From: Heteronotia binoei
Taxonomy: Eukaryota
DNA: 64,000 nt
Assembly (NCBI RefSeq): GCF_032191835.1
Contig: NC_083243.1
Location: forward strand, 190,712,001-190,776,000
Direction of reading: 5' to 3'
Both the position numbers and the translations under genes were made by a program. Positions 50,876-63,212 of the stretch are shown here, piece after piece. Within the stretch, counting starts at the first letter, position 1. Every line of letters starts with the position of its first letter. The notes beneath the pieces are model-generated. The model did not search any database and was not told the origin of the DNA. It worked only from the letters and a program-made list of their open reading frames with translations.

Positions 50876-51981
50876 CTGACAAAAACGTAAGAGACTATCA
50901 TGAAACAAAGGCAACGAGAAGGGGAAAGTAAGCTTTAACAAGAGTCCTCATCGAGCACTTCAGAGAGGAGGTGTACTAAGAAGTACTTCTTCACACCAGG
51001 AAACTTCCCCAGCCAGAACACTCTTAGGCCTAATTATACAAAACACAAATTCATATAAATAGAGGTCATAACAGAGACTGATCAGTAAGCATGCGCTTTG
51101 ATTTGCTTCACAAAACACCAACTGTTTCTTCTCCCCACCAAAGTGCCATCTAGATTAGTTTATTTCATTCATGCACCATCAAATTGGCAGGAAGTGTCAG
51201 ATTCAGGACAGCTTTCCTAATATGTCTAAGTGCACCAATCAGGATAGGCTTAGTCTTCTAGCTTGCAGAATTCTGTTGATCAAACAACAAATGGAGGTAT
51301 TTGATACTTAAGACATTTCGTAGATACAAAATTGGACAATCTTCTTGGCAATCTTAAATCATTCATGTAGGCTGGCTAGACAGAAAGTAAAAAGACCGTG
51401 ACTTGAAACTAACCTAGCATGAGCTGAGCTGTCTTAAAAAAAAAAAAAAAGAATTTATTGTAAAGACAAAGTACTTCAGAATGATAAATGAAAACAAAGA
51501 ATACCAATGTTATTCCCTGTGCCCTACAAAATAATCCCTATAGCATCTACAATTAAATTCTTATTCAATAAATAATATTTTCATAGTAAATTTGAAAAAA
51601 AAAACCCTAAATGGTTCAATATTTTCCTGAAATCTTGTATTCCAATAATCTATCAATAAAATCAATTTAATCAAACTTGTCAGCGGATTAATTTGACTGA
51701 ACTTTAAAATGTGTCAATTAAGACACACAAACAGTTGACCAAACTCTCTTAACCTCTCTATCAGAGAAGGAGGATCTGATTTTTGCTTCGAGAAAGGGAT
51801 ACACCTTTCAGCAGTAGATTAAAAAAAAATTCACCACATTCTCAATCAGAGGTTTCCACATCTTTCAAGATTTTCCAAGCAGGATCCTCTTTGAGATTAA
51901 CAATCTGCTTTCTTTTATATTATATTCCACAGTGTCGTATATATCATAGTTCAACTAAGCCAAAAGGACAGTATGACATAC

Positions 51982-52098
51982 CATGTTGACAAAGGCTGAC
52001 AGGAAAACTATGATAATGGTGATGACCCCAATTATGGTGTTATTGGTCCTATACTGAACAATATTCCTTGAGAGAGTCTGGAGTGGAGCTGGGAAAAG
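51982..52098 (-). CDS. ADCY5: ADCY5 exon 13
   Basis: cttttatcaacag acceptor and gtatgt donor. [39 protein letters not shown]. 117 nt, phase 0-0. Confidence 0.95.
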
Positions 52099-52565
52099 CT
52101 GTTGATAAAAGAGAAGAGAGATATTTGAAAGCATGTTCATGTACAACTGCCTCACAAACTGAAGAGCAAAATGTGTTAGCAAGCTCAAATGCTGATCTCC
52201 CATTGAAAAACCAAGAACATCTGGTGATCAGGGATGTGTATTATCTGTGCTTATAAATGAAGGCCTCCCATTTACTCAGCCAGGATGGGGAATTATCAAC
52301 CCACACCCCCAATATCTTGCCCCTGAGAAACTGAGGAGCAGAAAAAAAAATGGCCTCCACATAGTGGCACTCTAGGAATGTTCCTAGTCTCTATGGTAAT
52401 GATCATACTGAGTAGGACAGGCACTCTAGAATATCACCTAGAAGTTACATCTTCCCCAAACTGCTCTCCCCAGTTTCAGGTCCTCAAAATCTCTGAAGCA
52501 TTTGCCTAGGCAATATTGGGAATCCTAAATACCTACATTTGAACTATAGAGAACTGAATTATGTT

Positions 52566-53125
52566 TAGGGATTGTGGTATCCCTGATTCACGAACCATGA
52601 ACTGTCGCAGTTTGTAATGCAGTAGAATAGAATTAGAGGTACCAAACTCACAAGGGATCTCTGGATGACTCTCCTCTACCTCCCCTCCAAGTTTGGTAAG
52701 GATTGGATTTATGGGATCAAAGTTATGCACCCCCCCCCCCCGAAAGAAGGTGCCCCCAGAAAAGTGTTTTCTGAGAAAATTGCAGTTGCCGATTCAGGAG
52801 GTTCAAGACGGTATAGAATGGACCCTGTGCAAACTAGAGGCATCAAACTCACAGCGGATCTGTGAGATTGGATCTGGAAAATCCAGGTTACGGCTCCTCA
52901 AAGAAGATGCCACCAGGAAAAATGTCAGACACAATTTACACACACAGGGCTGGTGCTGGGGCAAGGCTCCTCCCCCTGCCCCACCAGTGGGGAAGGGCCC
53001 CCAGCACCTCCCATTTACTCCCATTTATTTGTGGAATATTTGTGCCGGTTGCTTTTCCATGAACCGTGATCCAGTCATAATTAATGATGAACTTTAGTTC
53101 ATGAGCCAGTTCATACCCATAATTG
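52566..53125. mobile_element. Degraded hAT non-autonomous element (TAGGGAT-type ends)
   Basis: Left end tagggattgtgg and right end gttcatacccat. The internal ccctccaagtttggtaaggattggatttatggg motif recurs inverted at 60620-60890. Confidence 0.5.
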
Positions 53126-53193
53126 TGTTCCTGGAGTAAATGCATATATAAACTTGGCTATGCTTATTACTTTCTGATGATCTGTTCTGCCTC

Positions 53194-53275
53194 AAGGAAG
53201 GAAGGAAGGAAGGAAGGAAGGAAGGAAGGAAGGAAGGAAGGAAGGAAGGAAGGAAGGAAGGAAGGAAGGAAGGAA
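53194..53275. repeat. (GGAA)n microsatellite
   Basis: About 20 perfect AAGG units. Confidence 0.98.
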
Positions 53276-55428
53276 ATAGATGGGGAGGGGAGGTAGAAAG
53301 CAACTTTAAATACATTCTCAAAGCCACCGGCTGGCTTGACTTGGAGAAGTGACAGAGAGAGACAAATGCCTTCTCCAAGCGGGCTGATGGGGCAACGGGG
53401 GCTTTGAGAGCCACACAATATGTGTGAAAGAACCACATGTAGCTCCTTAGAAGCAGTTTGACCACCCCTTTATAGTACATCCAACCAGTTTTTAAAATCA
53501 TGGTTTGAAGTTGGTTTATTAACTACAGTTGTAGCGATAAATTCTGACATCATGGCTCAATCTCTAAGCTTGGTTCTGCCTTTGCTTCAATACAAGCTGT
53601 GAAGCTGGACCAATCACTATAGCAGGGAGACGAGGGTTTCATGCTAGCCTGAGGCTGCGAGCGAAATTCTGATTTCACACAATAACCATAAATAAAATAA
53701 ACCTTGTCTCAGAGAATATTTGAAAGACCAGTTAATTTGGATCCCTGGAAACATTTGTCTCTGACATTCAAGTCCTGGTCTAGTGTGCTCAGGGAACTCT
53801 CTTTTCTCCAGTTGTTTCCCCTTCACCTTCCTCCACCAGCCTTTTCAAAAGTTAATTCCCACTATTTTATAAATGTTACACATCCAAAGAAAGATGAAAG
53901 TGGTACTTCTCAAGCATACAAAACTATATAGCTTCCCTACTGAGTGTGCATCTCGTCTCCTCAGTTTAGCCCCTTGAGAGGAAGCTGAGACACACATAGA
54001 AAAGCACAGCTTCAAACCAGTCTTCCAACAGATCTTTTTTTAAAGGGCAATGAGAAATGGCCTGTATGCGGCTATTTAGAGATGACTAATCACTTGCCTC
54101 CCCCCCCCCCGTCCCTTTTTGCTCCTTGCAGTTTGAAGGATCACATTTTGCTAGTACATCACTTCCTACACAAGCATAATTATGAAACTGTTTGATGACA
54201 GAAGCACTGATTAGCTGCTGCCTGTTATAAAAAGGAAAAAGAAACAACCTGCGGTAATGCTGAATGTCTTCATGCCTGATGGGAAAGGGGTATACTGGGC
54301 AGGGGAAAAGGTAGGATAGGATTCTATGATACCGAAAAATAAGATTTAAAAAAATACTGGCCCTGCTTTTGCAAGTGGGTTAAAAAAAGCATGCCAGCAT
54401 AACACCCCTTGGTGCTAAACAGAAATCATACCAAATATCACCCTGTTTTTCACTAGCAAGTAGAGAGTTTACCAGTGCAGTCCTAAACAGAGTTATTCCC
54501 TTTGAAGCCTGTTTACCTCAATGGACTGAAGAATGTACGTAATTCTGCTTAAAGCTGCACTGTAAATTCTTCGCAATGATGGTAGCTGAATTTTCTTATT
54601 TTCTCTGGCTGTTTTCAGGTTTTGAATCACTGTAAGGAGTCCCGCCTCTGAAGTACATCAGGAACTCAATTCTTGCATTTTTTGATTCTTGGAAATGTGT
54701 CAGATCTATATCTTTTATTGTTTGAAACCCTAATACTTATTTTTGTTTTTTTTAAATCTGTGGGTAATTATTTTTCAGAATCATATAACTGAAATGTAAC
54801 ACCCAAAATTGTTGCCATGTAAAAGCATTAAAACAATTTTGTGATAAGAATTTCCCTTACACTTTTCAGGAATGTGGACAGAGAGTGAAGCACTAGGATA
54901 TAAAATTTGAGGTTGAGGAAAACGGTGACAATTTATCATAGGAGAGTTTTGTAAGCACAGGTGGGTGGACACTTGATGGGTTTGGAAGGCAGGCATTTCA
55001 TATACTCAAGAATACTCTCCAGGCAAACTTCTCACACAACTTGCATATTCTTCAAACAACCAACTCCACATCACTGGTGGCATTCACCACTCTGGCACAA
55101 CATCTGATGATTTACTTTCTAGTACAGTATGATTTACTAATCACACACAGACAATTTATTTTATAAAATTGACAGATAGGTAAGGAGGACCTACACACTC
55201 ATTCCTTTGGTTGATGATAAAAGGACACGATTCAGCAGTGCTGTAGAACTGTGGCCTGCATTTCATTTCTTTTCATTTCTTCGATTTATACTCCACCCTA
55301 CCCCAAAAATGGGCTCAGGGCGTTTTACATCATAAAAACCAACAGGTTAAAACAATAAATAGGATCAACGATAAATGGCAGTAATAAAGAACCCATGTCC
55401 TATTTCAGCGGAAAAACATACATAGAAG

Positions 55429-55961
55429 TAGGGTTGCCAATCCCCAGGTGGGGGCAGGGGATCCCCCCGGTTTGGAGGCCCTCCCCCCCCGCTTCAGGGT
55501 CGTCAGAAAGCGGGGGGAGGGGAAGGAAATGTCTGCTGGGAACTCTGTTATTCCCTAGGGAGATTTATTCCCGTAGAAAATCATGGAGAATTGCTCCATG
55601 GGTATCCGGGGCTCTGGGGGGGCTGTTTTTTGGGGTAGAGACACCAAATTTTCAGTATAGCATCTAGGGCCTCTCCCCAAAATACCCCCCAAGTTTCAAA
55701 AAGATTGAACTGGGGGGTGCAATTCTATGAGCCCCAAAAGAAGGTGCCCCTATCCTTCATTATTTTCTATGGAAGGGAGGAATTGAAAAGGTGTGCCATC
55801 CCTTTAAATGTGATGGCCGGAACTCCCTTTGGAGTTCAATTATGCTTGTCACAGCCTTGATCTTGGCTCTACCTCTAATGTCTCCTGGCCCCACCCCCAA
55901 AGTCTCCTGGCTCCACCCCCAAAGTCCCCAGATATTTCTTGAATTGGACTTGGCAACCCTA
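55429..55961. mobile_element. hAT MITE with TAGGGTTGCCAA TIRs
   Basis: TIRs tagggttgccaa and ttggcaacccta. TSD catagaag / catacaag (7/8). Confidence 0.92.
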
Positions 55962-56047
55962 CATACAAGTAGCCTCAAAAACCCCAGTATCCAGAAATAT
56001 CAGAAGACAGCAAGGCACTGGGAGGGGGCTATAGACAGTGGAAGCTG

Positions 56048-57388
56048 AAATAGAATCACAGCATTGGATTCAGGGTCATCTAGTCCAACCATCTGAACAA
56101 TGCAGAAAATTAAAAAATACCCCCCTTCCCACATTACATCTCCAGTGACACCCGCTGCATGCCCAGAAGATGGCAAAACCCTCCAAGATCCCTTGGCAAA
56201 CTGGCCTGGAGAAACACTGGTGACTGACCCCAAAGTAACAATCAGCATTTCCCTGGGCATGTGTCATGATCCTGGGCCTAGCAAGGCCTGCAGGTCCCAG
56301 GGAAGCCTGCTTAGGAGTTACTGGGAAAAGCCTACATCTCCCAGGATCCCCTCTGTCCCTCTGATTGGGTAGCAAGGGGTTTGGAGGGAAACAGGCCCAG
56401 AGAGGGGTGGGGCCTGGGAAGAGAATATAAAGGTCAAGCCCAGGAAGTGGGTGTTCTTTCCCTGGAAGGCTTAGCTGGAAGCAGGCTGTAGCCTGGAGAG
56501 CTGGAAACAGGGGAGAGACCCTTACCCAAGGGGGTAAGTGCTGGTAAGAGTAGGGACGATAAGACAGTGTCAGCTTGTGTTCTATTGAAGCTAACTCTGC
56601 TGTTTGAAATGTTTATTTACTGCCAACTAACCCTATGAATCTTTGCCCACTAACACTAGTGCCATTGTAGAATGTGAAAGGGGGGAAGGAGGAGGTGATT
56701 GAGGTGCCAAAGGCCAGTAAGGTCTTTGAAGTGCAAAAATGCTCGGCCGCTTTCAGGTGCCTGCTGGAGCCGAGCAAGGACATCACCGGGAGGAAGATAC
56801 TATTTACATATGTGAAAGATAAGGGTGTGTGAACTGGGCACTTCCAAGAGACGAATTGCAACTTTATTATGAGAAGTGATTTAAACCCCCAATGCTTTGA
56901 TGTATGTCCATAAATGCCAATACCTTTCCTTATTCGTTATCAGTTTCAAAGAACCTGTGTAGAGAGTAGCATGGCTGTAATCAATAAATGAAACTTAGTT
57001 TTTAAACAAAGACAAGTCTGATCATTTTGAAACTCCAATGAACCCTTCGCTGACAGACAGATGCGTTAGGGCATTTGTTTATTTTCCCGTCACCCTTTTA
57101 CTGGTTAATGCACCTTGTTAATTTATATTGCACTGGCATAAACCTTTTTGTTGTGGTTCACTCTGCCTGGTCCTCACACCCATTATTTGGCCTAGCTAAG
57201 GGAGGCCTGAAGGGCTTGGGAGGGGACTCTGGGCCTTCTCAAGGGGAACCCTTAACCCAGAGTGGTGGCAGCAATCTGGTAAGACCCCCTCTGAGTCGTG
57301 ACAGCATGTAAGAAAGGGCCACAAGAACCAAGCATTGATGCAGCCCTTCCTGCCCTCCTTTTAATGATCTGCCTAACCCATAGAATCA
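56048..57388 (-). mobile_element. CR1-type 3' fragment split by an LTR (parts 56048-56261 and 57304-57388)
   Basis: Colinear with 25637-25905. The sequence ...ccctgggcatg|taagaaagggcc rejoins after removal of 56262-57308. Confidence 0.85.
56262..57303 (+). mobile_element. Gypsy/Ty3-type solo LTR (1042 bp), probably with a nested insertion
   Basis: Termini TGTCATGA and TCGTGACA. 5-bp TSD gcatg at 56257-56261 and 57304-57308. TATA-like tataaa near 56425. Confidence 0.88.
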
Positions 57389-57757
57389 AGAAGCCAAATA
57401 CGAAGAGAAACACGGAAGCAAGACTGTGTAAATAAACAAAGCAGTGAAAAATAACTAATGCAAATAAGAAATAATTATAATTCCAGTTTCACATGTAAAG
57501 TTCAGAATATATCACAAAAAGCCTTATAAGACCCGCAATAATTCTCCGAGTATTTCTTCACAGTGTGCACAAGCGCTTAGTGCATTGAAATTGACAAGAA
57601 CAAAGTGCTGGTAAAACACTTGAATTAAAGTCCCAAATATTCCAGATGTAAAGTAGACGTCTTGATGAAGCCCTTTTTCCCACTCTGACACTGTGCTGGA
57701 TACTCTGAAAGAAATTACTATTGAAACTGCAGGTGGATGGTCTAACATCCCTCCTCG

Positions 57758-58320
57758 ATGAAGGTGCGGCTCCACTGATACGTGAAGATTACTGTTGACT
57801 ATCAATGTTGAGGGCTTCATCAATGCCAGGGCCGTCTATCTTCCACCGCCCACCTAAGTTCACTCTAACTGGAATCCACTCAAAGTGGAGACAGCAAGAA
57901 ACAAACCTTGTTGAACAGCCTTTAATTTAAAAAAAAAAAAATTACATGAAGGTGCAGCTCCACTGATATGTGAAGATTACTGTTGACTATCAATGTTGAG
58001 GGCTTCATCAACGCCAGGGCCATCTATCTTCCACCGCCCACCTAAGTTCATTCTAACTGGAATCCACTCAAAGTGGAGATAGCAAGAAACAAACCTTGTT
58101 GGGCAGCCTTTAATTTAAAAAAAAAAAATTTAAAATGAAGGTGCGGCTCCACTGATATGTGAAGATTACTGTTGACTATCAATGTTGAGGGCTTCATCAA
58201 CGCCAGGGCCATCTATCTTCCACCGCCCACCTAAGTTCACTCTAACTGGAATCCACTCAAAGTGGAGATACCAAGAAACAAACCTTGTTGGGCAGCCTTT
58301 AATTTAAAAAAAATTTTTTT
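57758..58320. repeat. Tandem triplication of a unit of about 188 bp
   Basis: Units start atgaaggtgc at 57758, 57946 and 58135, and each ends tttaatttaaaa(A)n. There are a few substitutions between units. Confidence 0.97.
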
Positions 58321-58632
58321 ACACAGGTTGTTACAATACCAAAGGCCATTCAACACTCAAATTGTACAGCAGGACAGAAAAAACAAAACTAACCAAATCA
58401 CCAGGGGAGGTATAATAGCGATTCTTAATTACCACACTTTGCTATGTTCAAGCACACTTTCTTCCTTACTGTCATGGTTCACCGAAGTACATCCTCAGAC
58501 TGCCTCTGAAAATGGTAGGATCATGGGTCACCAACCTAGTAGTTATTTTTCATCAGAATGAATACCTTGAAGCTACTTGACAGGGCTTGGGGCAGGAGAT
58601 GGAGTGGGATCTTTTAATAAGCAAATAGAGGT

Positions 58633-58804
58633 GGCTCAGATCTTGGAAGCTAAGCAGGTTTGGCTGTGATTAAATCTTGGATGGGAGACCACCAAGTGAG
58701 TCTAGGTTTCTATTCAGAGGCAGGCTACGGCAAACAATCTCTGTTCATCTCTTGCCTTGAAAACCCAGTATGGTCATATGAAATCAGCTGTGACCTGAAG
58801 GCAC
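58633..58804 (+). mobile_element. 5S rRNA-derived SINE (5'-truncated or degraded)
   Basis: gatcttggaagctaagcagg...ttggatgggagacc (5S internal promoter region) plus ggcaaac...cttgccttgaaaaccc tail. Confidence 0.8.
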
Positions 58805-58859
58805 ATTTAGAGGTGGAATGCCATTTAGACGTGGAAGCTAAGATACTACAGTTCATGTC

Positions 58860-60900
58860 TAGGGATGGGCATGAACCAGCTCATTTTAGCTGTTTTCTGG
58901 TTTGTGAAGTTCATGACAGCATTTAGGGATGGGCATGAATGAACCAGCTCATTTTTGCCAGTTTGCGGTTCGCAAAGGCAGCACTTTCATGAACTTTTAG
59001 CACTGTTCATAGTGGTTCATGGACAGACACGCACTGGTGCTGATCAATTAAACTGTTTACAAAATTCTAGGGCAACAAGAGGAGAGGGAGTAGAAGGCCC
59101 CTTCAAAAAAGGCTCCCCACTCTGGGTGCCATGGTTTGGACCCCAAAGCAGGCCATCCTCTAAAGAGGTCATGCTCCCAGGGACGCCCACAGTGCCACCC
59201 TTGTGGTGAGGGCCGCCCAGGATGCTGCCACTCTCAAGCTGCAGTCTCTGCTTGAGACCTGCCAGCACTTGGCTTCCCACTTCTCATGCAGCACCAGGTC
59301 TGCACGTCCGCTGTGTGAGAGGCAGGGTGAGGAGGTTGAGCATGAACACCAGTGCATCCTGGATTTACTCACCTGCTGGAACTCCACCGATCCCATGATA
59401 GCAGGTTTGATGGAGCAAAAGAGCTCTGTAGAGGATGTAATCTCCTCCATGACCATGCTGGTCTGGGAAGAGGAGCTCAACATCAGCTCCAGTGACTGGT
59501 TGACCCTCTCCCAAATGGTTCATGTCCTGCAGCCCTTCCAGGATACCACCAATGTGCTCTGTGGCCACATGGCCAGCCTGGGGCAAGTCATCCCCCAATT
59601 CACGCACTGGACTGGGTGGTGGCCTCCACACTGCTGCCTGGCCCCAAAGGGATGGCTATACTTCTATGCATCTAGGCCTTGGCAGAGAGGTTGAAGGTGG
59701 GCATTCCCACTAAGATACATCCTTGTGGGAGTACAAGCTGGCTTGTGTCAAGTATTAATGGCAGCATTGTTCTCTGTAATGCAGAGCTCATGGAATGGAA
59801 GAGGGAGCTCAGTAAAGAAGTGTAGAGGCTTCAGGCCAGCAGACATGGACAGAAGTAAGAGTAGGTGGAAGAAGCTGAGGAAGGGGAGAAGGAGGAGCCA
59901 TTGGCTAACACCTCTGCCTCCAAGAGCCCATTCAGGCAGAAGCTCCACTATTGTATGCTGGTAGTCAAGTAGGAGGTTAGTAGCAGCAGTGAGGAGTCCA
60001 GGAGTGCCATGGCAAAAGATTCGGCAGAAATGTTGGTGAGGTAGTACCTTGCCGAGTCCTCGGAGCCTGCCAACACTAAACCCTTGCAAGGCCATCAACT
60101 GAGCTGGAATCTCTTGAATGGCTGTGAATCTCCTCTCTTGTTTTCCCACCAGTGTGCAGAGCAAGTGGGTGCTCTCCCACCTGGGGGACCTTCTCAGCCT
60201 CCACTGCTCCCACCTGGACCTGGCTAGGGTAGTCAAGTTCTCCTTCCTGCTGGGCCACTCTGCTCTGGACCTGGTGGAGTAAGATCCAAGTCTACTAACA
60301 TCCTCCTGTGTGCCCCCCATTCCTACTCCTCTCACTGATTTGGCCTGTGGCCTGTGGGTTGTGCCCTTGGTGCTAGGGTCTCCGGTGCTCTCAGGGCTTC
60401 GAGCTACCACATTTGCATATGTCTCAGGGCTTTGAGCCACCAAGTTTACAAACGTCATCGCACTCTGGTTTGGGTGTCAGGGGGTCTCAAGGCACATGCC
60501 ACCCATCTTCAATTTCTACTGCTGGAATTCTGTTCTGCTGGGCTTCTACTGCCCTCACTTTTTTTTTTGCTGTTCCCTCCCTCCATTGGAAACAATGGGG
60601 GATGGGAGCACCTTCTTTGAGGGGCCATAATTCGGACCCCATAAACCCAATCTTTGCCAACATTGGAGGGCAGGTACAGTTGAGTCAATGTGATGTCTCT
60701 GTCATGCCAGGAGGACCATTCCGTACACTCCTAAATCTCCTGAACCTCTCATTTCCTCAGCACTTTCCTGAGGGCATATTTTTTTGGGGGCAGGGGAGTT
60801 GTAACTTGGACACCATAAACCCAATCCTCACCCAACTTGAAGGCCAGGTCAGCCAGAGATTTCCTGTGAATTTGGTGTCTCTAGCATGCTAGGTGGTGGG
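58860..60900 (+). pseudogene. hAT (Ac/ZBED-like) transposase fossil with TIR remnants
   Basis: tagggatgggcatgaa TIR at 58860 and again at 58924. + strand fragments include LDLLTCWNSTDPMIAGLMEQKSSV...DWLTLSQMVHVLQPFQDTTNVLC...SLGQVIP (cf. DVxTRWNST...LxPFxxAT) and LVR*YLAE near 60040. Confidence 0.78.
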
Positions 60901-61176
60901 ATTCATCTCAGAAATTCAAAAGTTGTCTGAGAAGAACATCAGAAATTGTCATCCTGCGATAACATACTGAAAATCGTTCAAACCCTGTGTGACAGAGCTA
61001 AATTAGGAAAACAAATGAAAGGAGAAATGTTTCGAATGTATGCATATTAGTGTTAGCCAAGGTAATAATTTTCTATTTATGATATTTTTTGCCTTAGAAA
61101 GAAAATTAAAAATCTTTTTCAAGCAAATTTGGATGTTTCTAATACAATTTGGATGTTTCATATAGGATTTGCCCTG

Positions 61177-61465
61177 GAGAGCCAGTTTGGTGTAGTGGTT
61201 AAGTGTGCGGACTCTTATCTGGGAGAACCGGGTTTGATTCCCCACTCCTCCACTTGCACCTGCTAGCATGGCCTTGGGTCAGCCATAGCTCTGGCAGAGG
61301 TTGTCCTTGAAAGGGCAGCTGCTGTGAGAGCCCTCTCCAGCCCCACCCACCTCACAGGGTGTCTCTTGTGGGGGAGGAAGGGAAAGGAGATTGTGAGCCG
61401 CTCTGAGACTCTTCGGAGTGGAGGGCGGGATAGAAATCCAATATCTTCTTCTTCTTCTTCTTCTT
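61177..61465 (+). mobile_element. tRNA-derived SINE (family A), full length
   Basis: gagagccagtttggtgtagtggttaagtgtgcggac...gagggcgggatagaaatccaata followed by (tct)n. Confidence 0.93.
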
Positions 61466-63124
61466 TACTAGAAACGGATGTTTCTTATACAATTTGCCAT
61501 TTTACTTTCATAATTTTGTGATGAGATTTTTGGAAAAAAAACCCTTGCTTTTTCTGTAGCATCACTTTGTAAGGCAGAATAGTGACAACCACTTTTAAAG
61601 AAGATAGGAGAGCTTTAGTTAATTACAGAAGTCAGGGGATAGGTGTATTTAATAAGAGGCTCAGGTTCCCATTACCTTTAGAACACTCATATTTTAACTA
61701 GGAGAGTCAGAAGCGACAACATCATTGTCTGACAGCACTCTCCCATGCCCTTCCCTGCTTCCAACTCCTACCAGTTGCTAGCCACTGGCAACCCTAGTGG
61801 CAGGAGAAGTACTGGCAGATACAACAGTGCCCATGAAGAAATATACAAATTTCAGCTAGCTGAATGGTCTTTCCAGAAGTCAGGCGGAACTATTACCATC
61901 ACAGTAATGACAGTGGACTTAATAATAAAGTGGTTGTCTTATCATTCTAGTTATCCAGCCTCCCTGTCTCTCCAGAGAGTACCCTAGAGACAGAAAACTA
62001 AGGTATGGAAATTCCTTCAAATAGAAGGAATTCCTTCAAACAGAAGGAATTCAAAAAGAATCCAGACCCCCTTTTAAACAGTCATTTTAACAGCACCCAG
62101 TAATCCTACTACCTTGGTAATCAGAACGCATGCTGTGAATACATGTTTCTTCTTAGGAGGCACAAACAGAAAGTGAGGGAATCCTTGAAAGAGTCACTGA
62201 TTAATCACTTAATAAAGCAAACCTTTGAAAATGATCACCTATATCAAGCAACATAAATACTGACAGGGCAGGGATTCCGTCTTTCTGATTTGGCAATGAA
62301 TACACTGCACAGCTATATGCAATGTATAGCCAATAATGCAAAATGAGGTTTATCAAGGAGAGAAAGAAAAAAAAACCCAGTACCTGTGAAAACCCACCAG
62401 GACTTTGGGGACAGGAAAGTTGTACTTAAGGCAGCTGTCATGAAGATGTGAATGAATCAGCACACAGAGTTCAGTGACAGGAAAAACAGCTGAAACGGCG
62501 CTGTTCTTCTCAGACATTAACATCTGGAATGCCTATTGTAGGGATCAGCGTCCAATCCAGTTCTCAGGGGCTTCCCATCTGCCTCAAAGCATTGCTCATG
62601 ATCCCAAGGACACCCTGTCCTTATGTAATCTCCCATGCAATCCAAAGTCTCCTCCCAAGCTTGAACAGCGACAGCAGGTTCCTTCAGATGCTGCCAATCA
62701 TGTCTGTCAGGTAAGCGGAAGAGAGGCACCCTCTCTAGCATGAACAGCAGCAGCCCTGCGGTCCTCATCCAAATCCTACCACTCTGTCCAGAGCTGCTAT
62801 TTAAAGGAGGTTAAGCAGACAATAGGTAGATCATAGGTCTCTAACAAGTTGTCTAGTTTGGCCTCGACTCAGCTGACAGAGCTACTAGTGCAGCTCTTTT
62901 TCAATTAATAATATGGTTCCCAAAAACACTAGCAGTTGACCAAGAATCTACTGTGTAATTGAACAAATCACCCTCCTGGTGGAGAGATAAGAAAGACAAA
63001 CGCAGACAGAGAATCCAGGGTGAAGAGTCTATCAGACAACTGATGAAATACAGCTACTCTTGAAGACTGGCAAGGTAATTTAAACTAACATTAAAGCAAA
63101 ACTATTTAAATTCCTGGTACTTAC

Positions 63125-63212
63125 CTTTATGCAGGAGTAAATGACTGAAACAAACACCACTGTGGTCAGGATCACAAAACTGGTCAGGTAAAACCCCAAC
63201 ATAAATATGGAG
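63125..63212 (-). CDS. ADCY5: ADCY5 exon 12
   Basis: tttctttgtttgtttcag acceptor and gtaagt donor. (x)SIFMLGFYLTSFVILTTVVFVSVIYSCIK. 88 nt, phase 2-0. Not in the ORF track. The gene continues beyond the window. Confidence 0.94.

Noticed and set aside
57661-57712. Possible C/D-box snoRNA (TTGATGA ... CTGA)
   Set aside because: It is only about 50 nt, has a non-canonical box C, and is antisense to the host intron.
57524-57823. 99-aa minus-strand ORF running into the tandem repeat
   Set aside because: I recognise no homology, and it has no splice context consistent with the complete ADCY5 exon chain.
57758-58320. Tandem array as CRISPR
   Set aside because: This is a vertebrate intron; the units are 188 bp with no unique spacers, and there are no cas genes.
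58633-58700. 5S rRNA-like sequences
   Set aside because: They are partial, diverged and fused to a LINE-derived tail, so they are SINE heads rather than rRNA genes.
59748-60458. 236-aa minus-strand ORF
   Set aside because: It has no recognisable domain and overlaps the antisense strand of the decayed hAT transposase. Most likely a chance ORF in GC-rich TE sequence.
61177-61250. tRNA-like sequences at SINE heads (also 5610-5680, 33172, 42167)
   Set aside because: They have A/B boxes only, no complete cloverleaf, and continue into SINE bodies, so they are not tRNA genes.
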